Shown here: in pieces, positions 56,959 through 64,000 of the stretch
Layout: each line of letters opens with the position of its first letter
Position numbering within the stretch: position 1 is the stretch's first letter
Position numbers and translations under genes: made by a program
Notes under the pieces: generated by a model
Seen by the model: only the letters and a program-made list of their open reading frames with translations
Databases searched by the model: none
Told to the model about the DNA's origin: nothing
Assembly: GCA_009602735.1 (NCBI GenBank)
Contig: WELA01001079.1
Span: 124,001-188,000 of the forward strand
Reading direction: 5' to 3'
DNA length: 64,000 nucleotides
From: Mesotaenium endlicherianum
Lineage: Eukaryota

Positions 56959-59900
56959 TGTTGCAGGGCGAGAATGTTGTAAATAAGCAATCTTGACACT
57001 ATTTGCTTCATGTGGGTTCCGTGTGCTTGCATGTGTGTGAGTTGATGCATTGAGTAAAACAGTGAACAATCAAAGTGGGTTGACTATCAATATGATAAAC
57101 ACAGGGTCTTGTCGACGCGGTAACATGTGTAGGCTTGTTAGAAATAGAGTGTGATCAGGATTGTCAATGTGATAGTGTTAGGTGAGTAGTCGCCATGTGA
57201 ATATTGGCAATGTAGGAGACATTATCTGGTGAACTCTTAAGTGTAAGAGAAGAAGAGTCTCGCAAGAAAGCGCGTGTGCAAGATCTATGCTAATTGCTTG
57301 ATCTGCTACAGGTCTGTGTGGCCTTGTCTGTGTGACCAGCTAAGTGTGTGTGACTCGAGGAGAGAAGAAGCTGTCTGAGCTAAGAGAAAGAGCGCAAAGA
57401 AGTAGATATGGACGAAGAGGATTGTCAACATGGGATCGGAGCAGGCGATTCGAGGATGCCGCACTTTGATGGGAAAAGTACAAAGTACTTTGTGTAGTCA
57501 ATGAAATGCATGGCGGTACGAGTTGAAAGAGCATCGCGGTAGCAAATGTGGTGACCACAGGGAAGGAGCATGCAAAGTGGAAGAGAAGAGAGGAAAATGC
57601 TTTCTCCCTTCTGATCAAGAGCTTAGGGACGGAGCCTCTGCTGAGAGGGTGCAGCCTGACAACAAGTAGAGAAGTGTGAGATGCATTGAAAACATTCCAT
57701 CAGGTCGGTCAGCACAGCCAGCAAGCAGATTTATAAAAGGCAGTCGAATCAATTTGCAATGGAAGATGGAGAAGGCATAGAGGGGTACTTCTCCCGCATG
57801 CTGAAGCTAAGTCAAGAAATGCAAGCTATTGAAGCTGAGGTAGCGGAGGCAGACCAAGTGATCCAACAGTTGATGGGACTGAAGCCTGAGTTCAATAGGT
57901 TTTGCTGAATATGGATGTGAATGCCATGACAATGAGAGTGGTGGAGACCAGACTGCTGAACAGTGAAAAGGAGATGGAGATGGTGAAAGTGAAGAAGGCA
58001 GCAGCAGCAGATCTGGCTCTACAAATGGAGGAGATGAACTTGGCCAGCATAAGTTGAGGAGGAGGAGGTCATCCAGCAGAGGTGGCCATCAAGGAGGAAG
58101 AGGCAGGGGAGGAGTGAGGACATGCTATCACTGTGGAAAGCTTGGGCATCTGGCATCGAGCTGCACAGCCTTTGTCTGTTAAGGGTATGACGAGGAGGGC
58201 CACATTGCCAGGAACTGCCCACAAAGAAAGAGTGAAGGTATCTCCTCCCGTGCCCATGAGGAGAATGCACATATTGTCACTGTTGAGGAAGCATACACAT
58301 GGGCTGGAGAAGAGGATAAGAACAGGTGGCATGTAGACTCAAGAACATCCAGGCACTGTACAACTCGGAGAGTTTTCCTGTATGACTACAAGCTGTATGA
58401 ACCTGTTCCAATCAGAGTGGGAGATGGAAACTTGCTGCAAGTGATTGGCACAGGAAATGTAGTTGTGCATTCGAAGATTGGGAGGAAGCGATGGAAGTTC
58501 ACAATGCAGGATGTTTTGCACACTCCTGGCTTAGTGAAGAATCTGTTCTCTGTACCGCAGACCACTACATTGGGAAACAAGGTGGTGTTTGAAGGTTTTG
58601 TTTCCTCAATTTCTACTAAAAAGGGAGAAATTGTCTTGAAAGCACCTAAGGCAACGCTGAAGGGAAGTCTGTTTCAGCTGAAGTGTGAAGTTGAGGTGAT
58701 GTGTGGACTGCAGGCCGTGGAGGCCAAAGCGATAGACTCAATTGGGGTGGCCCAAGTTGAAGAGAAGAAGAGTGAAGACATTAACCTGTGCAATTAGAGA
58801 CTGGGACAAATCAGTGAGCAGAAGTTGACGAAGATGTCAAAGCACACGCAGGGAGAACTACCAAATTTCAGTGGGCAGAGCTTAGGGTTTTGCAGAGGGT
58901 GCCAGATGGGAAAGCAGTCGAGAGCAGCATGTCCAAGAGGGAAGAGGTGAAGAGGGCCACAGAGCCCTTGGAGTTGGTCCATTTGAACGTGCGGAGGCTT
59001 GCTAGCACAGCAGCCATGAAGACAGGGAATAAGATGTACATCACCTTTACTGATGACCATTTTGCAAGACAAAGGTGTACTTCATGAAGCACAAGGACTA
59101 GGCATTTGAGAAGTTCTTGGAATACAAGGCAGGGTGGAGAACCAGCGTGGGATGAAGATCTAGACTCTGAGGAGAGACAATGGAGGAGAGTATGCGAATG
59201 GGTGCTTCTCAAAGTACCTGAAGGAGGAAGGGATTAAGCACCAACATTCGGTAGCCTACTCTCCCCAAAAGAATGGGGTGGCAGAGAGGAAGAGTAGGAC
59301 GTTGATTGAGTCAGCAAGGGCTATGCTGTTTGCAACAGACATGCACGTGAGTCTGTGGGCTGAGGCTCTCAAGACAGCTGCATATGTGAGTGCGAGGTTA
59401 CCATCCTCATCATTGGGAGGGAAGATTCCTGAAGAAGTGAGGAGTGGAAAGAGTTTATCTCTACGGAACCTCAGAGAATTAAGTGCAGAGGTGTGGGCCC
59501 ATATCCTTGTAAAGAAGAGGCAAAAGCTGCAGCCTAAGTTGGAGAGTTGTGTGTTTCTGGTATATACAAATGAGAGCAAGGGGTACCAGGCTCTGAATGT
59601 CAGAATTGGTAAAGTGGTCGTGAGCCGGGACGTTGTCTTCAACGAGAGGGTGATGGATCCTGTAAACTCCTACCAGTATGAGGGGTATATTCCAGAAGAT
59701 CTGGAAGAGGAGGTAGCAGTGCAGCCTCAATTAGTTGTATTGCCAAAGAGAGTGCAGCCTGACTGGCTGCATCTCCAAAGGGAGCTGAAGTACAGCCTGA
59801 GGTGCAGCAGCAAGTTGTAGGAGGGCAGGCAGAAGTGATGAGGGGTATTCAGCAAGAGTGAGTTGCCTCTTATTTTTACAATAAAGTGGAGTTTGTCGGA

Positions 59901-62201
59901 GAGATCTTCAAATGCAACCAGAAGGAGATCAAGGAGGAGAGCAGGCAAGGAGCCTGCTGAAGGAGAAGGAGCCCGAAGAAGCTCCAAGTCAGCATCTGGT
60001 GGAGAGGTCTCAAATAGTGGAGAGGGTCATGCAGCAAGAAAAAGCTCCACCAGAGTCAGTGTGAAGCCTGTGATGTTTGGGTTGGACGAGTATGTGAATC
60101 TCGTTGAGGAGCTGGCAGAAGATGAAGTGGAGTGTGAGGTTGCCTACATGTTTGATGACATCCAGCCTAAGACCTACGAGGCATCCATGAAGATCGATGC
60201 AGCAAAGTAATAGAGGAAAGCCTCAGCTGAGAAAATGGAGTCGTTGGAGAAGAATCACACCTGGAACTTGGAGGACCTGCCTTCTGGCAAAAAGGTTGTT
60301 GGAGGCCGGTGGATCAACAGGAAGAAGAGAAAGGCTCATGGAATTATGGACAAATACAAGGCGAGATAGGTGGTGATGGGGTACTCACAGACAGAAGGAG
60401 AAGATTATTATGAGAAAATTGCCCTTGTTGCTAAGATTGCCACTGTAAGGGTGGTGGCCCAGATTGCAGCTGTGGAGGATATGGAGATGCACCAGATGGA
60501 TGTGAAGACTGCATTCTTGAATGGGGACTTGGAGGAAGAAGTTTACATGGTGCACCCTGAAGGATTTTGTCGACGTTAGGTTCCTTAAGAAGGTTTGCAA
60601 GCAATGGAAGTCTCTATATGAATTGCAGCAGAGTCCCAGCATGTGGAATCAGAAGATTGACTCTTTCCTGTTGGAGCAAGGATTTGTGTGGTCAAATGCA
60701 GACAGCAGCCTCTATGTGAGAGGCGTTGGACTGGATAGAGTGATGCTGGTGCTGCATGTGGATGATATGCTGCTGGAGGGGAAGGAGATGGAGAAGATCC
60801 AGGAGGTGAAAAATGTGCTGAGTAGCACATACGATATGAAGGATCTTCGAGAGGTGAAGTTTGTGCTTGGCATACGGGTGAAGAGAGACAAGGCTAGGAG
60901 GGTTATAATGCTTGGAAAACCAGCTTACCTGCAGACAAACCTGGAAAGGTTCGATATGCAGACGTGCAAGCCTGTGAGTGTGCCTCTTGATGCTAAGCAT
61001 AGGTTGAGTGGAAGCATGTGTGCCAAGATTGAGAGAGTGTGGGAGATGATGTCTCAGGTGCCCATGAGAAAGGTACCTAGCAGCATAATGTAGTTGATGC
61101 TCTACACAAGGCCTGACATTGCTAATGCTTTGGGAGTGGTGAGTCAGCTCATGGAGAATCCAGGTCTTGCTCACTGGGAGGCTATAAAGAATCCTGAGAT
61201 ATCTGAAGGGGACCCCTGATAAGTGGCTGCACTGAGAAGGTGCAGAGAGTGTGAAGTTGGAGGGCTGCAATGACTCTGACTGGGGAGGTGATGTAGACAC
61301 CACAAGGTTTACAACAGCGTATGTCTTCTATCTTGCTAAGGGCGTGGTGACTTGGAAGAGCAAGAGGCAGAAGGTGGTCCCATTGTCCTCCATGGAGGCT
61401 GCGTATATGGCTGCTTCACAAGCGGTCAGGGAGGCTCTGTGGTTGAGAAGATTATTGGAGGACCTTGGCCATCAGCAAAAAGAGACCTACGGTGATCTTG
61501 AGTGATAGTCAGAGCTGCATTGCATTTGGTTAGAACCCAGTAGAGCATGCCAGGAGTAAGCACATTGATATTCAATAACATAAGAGCAGGGAGTGTGTGC
61601 TGGATGGTAGTGTGGAGTTCAGATATGTGAGGACTGACAAAATAGTGGCTGACTCCTTGACAAAGGGAGTCTTCAGAGCTAAGCACCAGTGGTGTGCAGA
61701 GATGTCTGGATCGAAAGAGTGTGTAGTAGAGTAGACTAGGAGTTGAGAGAGAGGGTTGTAATCCAGACTCTCTTTGCTTCATGTCGGTTTGGTGTGCTTG
61801 CTTGTGTGTGATTTGATGCAGTGAGTAAACGTGCGAATAGTCAAAGTGGGTGAACTCTGGATATGATAACCATAGGGTTCTGTCGACGCGGTTCCATGTG
61901 TAGGCTTATTAGGGATACAATGTGGTCAGGACTGTCGATGTGATAGTGTTAAGTGAGTAGTTGCCAAGTGATTATGGGCGATGTAGGATACATTGTATGG
62001 TAAACTCTTAAGTGTAAGAGAAGAACAGTCTTCAAAGAAAGCGTGTGTGCAAGATTTATGCTAAGTGTTTCTTTTGCTATAGGTCTGTGTGGCCTTGTCT
62101 ATGTGACCAGCTAAGTCTGTGTGATTTGAGGAGAAAAGAAGCTCTCTGAGCTTAGAAAAGGTGCGGTAAGAAGGAGAGATGGATGAAGAGGATTTCCAAC
62201 A
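56959..62201 (+). mobile_element. Ty1/Copia LTR retrotransposon, old and decayed
   Basis: Diverged LTRs 56959-57430 and about 61741/61754-62201, both ending CAACA. TSD AAGGA (56954-56958, 62202-62206); PBS TGGGATCGGAGC 57431-57442. Order gag, PR (WHVDS), INT (LELVHL, YSPQKNGVAERKSRTLIE), RT (HQMDVKTAFLNG, LHVDDML), RH (GCNDSDWGGD). An alternative LTR start at 56975 is possible. Confidence 0.93.
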
Positions 62202-62868
62202 AAGGAAACCTGTAAGAAGGCGTCGCGGATCTAAGCAAACAGAATCTCCGTCAAGCTAATCAAAATCACCTTATCCCAAGCATCACAGGCTATGGTAGGA
62301 TCATGTGGTCACAAGCTATTACGTAGAACGTAGTGGTATGTATATGATGCAAATTTGTCTACAGGTTCATAATGCAGGTGGCCACATTATGGGTGAGGGA
62401 ACAACACGTTCTCCTGTTGTAGGCTAGATTAGCATGACAAAAATCGTATGTAAATGTTATATATTATAAAACAGACATGTACATGAGACATACAAAGTGC
62501 ACACATAAGCCTTATAACGGTGTAAAATCTATATGTCTATATATTTATATTATTAGCGCTTATAGGCAATGGCAATTTTGCATCTTTGCATGTGCGATGG
62601 CATGACTCCAACTCAACAAGATGGTAGATAGGATGCTCAGCAAGTATGGTTGAGACAATCCCATGCGAGGGTGGAAACATCAACATTGCAAGGAAGATGG
62701 ACAAAAGCCCAGTCTGAGGTTGGTTTTCCATCTATGACATTGTGGGTGTACAGTCTACTTGGCACAGAGATGCAATGACCAACTGTACTCGAGTTGGATG
62801 AGTGACACAGAATCGTAGCTGGAAAACATATGCACCTGGTGGAATGTTACCTGAGTGACCTGGTCAGC

Positions 62869-63372
62869 TGTAGTCATTTGAGTTATTATATATTAGTATG
62901 CATATATTTTAATGTTTTCAAATATATTTGGAGTAGTATTGTGTGGAGTCAAGTGTGAATAGGTACTCTAGAAACTTGGTTCATGTCCTTTGAACCTTCC
63001 AAGGCATTTTCAAAGTTAGAGGAAAGACTTAGAAGAACTCCATGTGGCAAACGTCAGATGTACCATTTTTAGGTCAAAAGGACATGTGTACATTATTCTA
63101 GAAAGAGGTGGCAAGTTTTGGGATGTGTTGGGTGCCAACACATCAACATACACCTTCCTAGAAAATTACTTATGTAGCAAGTATATAAACAAGAGCTAGA
63201 ACATAGAAAGACATTCTAGAATCACTCTTGTACTTGCCAAAATCCAGAAATATATTAACTTTCAAGAAGCCATCTCTCATTCAAGAAGCTACCACTTGTG
63301 TTCAAAGATCCTTGTCTTGAATAGATAAAGTATTCTGTTTTACTAAGTACTTTATCTATCTGTGTCACTATA
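62869..63372 (+). mobile_element. Solo LTR of Gypsy family C
   Basis: Reverse-complement homolog of 43833-44323. Perfect TSD TCAGC (62864-62868, 63373-63377). Confidence 0.93.
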
Positions 63373-64000
63373 TCAGCGTTTTTGACCTTGCAGTCAAAGT
63401 TGATTACTCTACCGTACGCTAAACGTCGACGGAAACCTCCAAGATACTAGGTCAGTCCACTATTTTTGTGGGTGCGCCACCACCGTCTTGTTGAGGTGGC
63501 ATTCACTCGACAATATTGGTGGATTCTTGCACGGCAGGTGGCCAATGAAAGTGAATCGTAGCTTGTCCGGAGGAGAACAATTCATGTGCACCTAAATTGA
63601 ATCATGTTTCCCAGCCAAAAATATGGTGGAAACGGCCGGACCGGCTATCTAAACGTCGCCGATATCGGCCGTTTTGCCCGTCGACCTTTCTCAGCGTGGG
63701 GACGGGTGGTGGCCCTGAAGGAAAAAATTTGGAGCAACTCTTTTTTTTGGGGACAATATGTGCCAAAAGATGCCGACAATATGCTGATCCTGGCCAGGTT
63801 AGCGACCAACAGAGGCTAGTTCGAAGGTCATCAACAGAACCTTCTTGGACAAATGAAATATGCTCTAAACACGAGTTTCTCTTTGTCGCACGAATAAAGT
63901 GAAGTCTAGGGACGGGTCTTGGACTTCGTCCAAAGAGACATCACAATGAGAGCGGTCTGTGAGCTTGACTTTGAAAGTATTTATACTTGCCACCGCGAGC

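Larger units (their letters stand above)
54497..62780 (+). pseudogene. Unidentified multi-exon pseudogene interrupted by a MITE and a Copia element
   Basis: Exon-like AG...GT blocks at about 54497-54748 (ADAVSEDNRREL...EDIVK), 55002-56197 (LKWVA|MKVMKL across the MITE), 56374-56600, 56710-56853, 56944-62330 (RGRR|KPVRRRRGSKQ across the Copia TSD) and 62567-62780. Multiple in-frame stops; boundaries approximate. Confidence 0.45.

Noticed and set aside
63378..64000. ORFs 63597-63902 and 63604-63819
   Set aside because: Short, no recognisable motif, and near the window edge with no context to support them.

Overview
Eukaryotic, intron-containing green-plant DNA. The divergent LEUNIG gene plus DIRS-order and piggyBac elements suggest a streptophyte alga or early-diverging plant, which is an inference. 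One apparently intact host gene is present: a LEUNIG/LUH-family Groucho/Tup1-like corepressor on the minus strand (8796-17635, at least 17 exons reconstructed from GT-AG phases). The rest is a deep, decayed transposon nest. It includes a PAT-like tyrosine-recombinase retrotransposon with split direct repeats and a Dam-like methyltransferase (17870-29280), whose recombinase gene is split by a full-length chromodomain Ty3/Gypsy element. There are also two further Gypsy families with solo LTRs, a TTAA-flanked piggyBac-like transposon inside a Gypsy RT, an old Ty1/Copia element, two intron-containing hAT transposase remnants, a hAT-type MITE family, GA-rich satellites and several unidentified spliced pseudogenes. 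The most notable observations are the piggyBac element with an extra N-terminal domain, the PAT-like element with readable integration microhomology next to the LEUNIG start, a shared -1 frameshift cassette in all three Gypsy families, and an unknown extra ORF before the 3' LTR of one Gypsy family. All calls come from reading the sequence by eye; no database searches were run.
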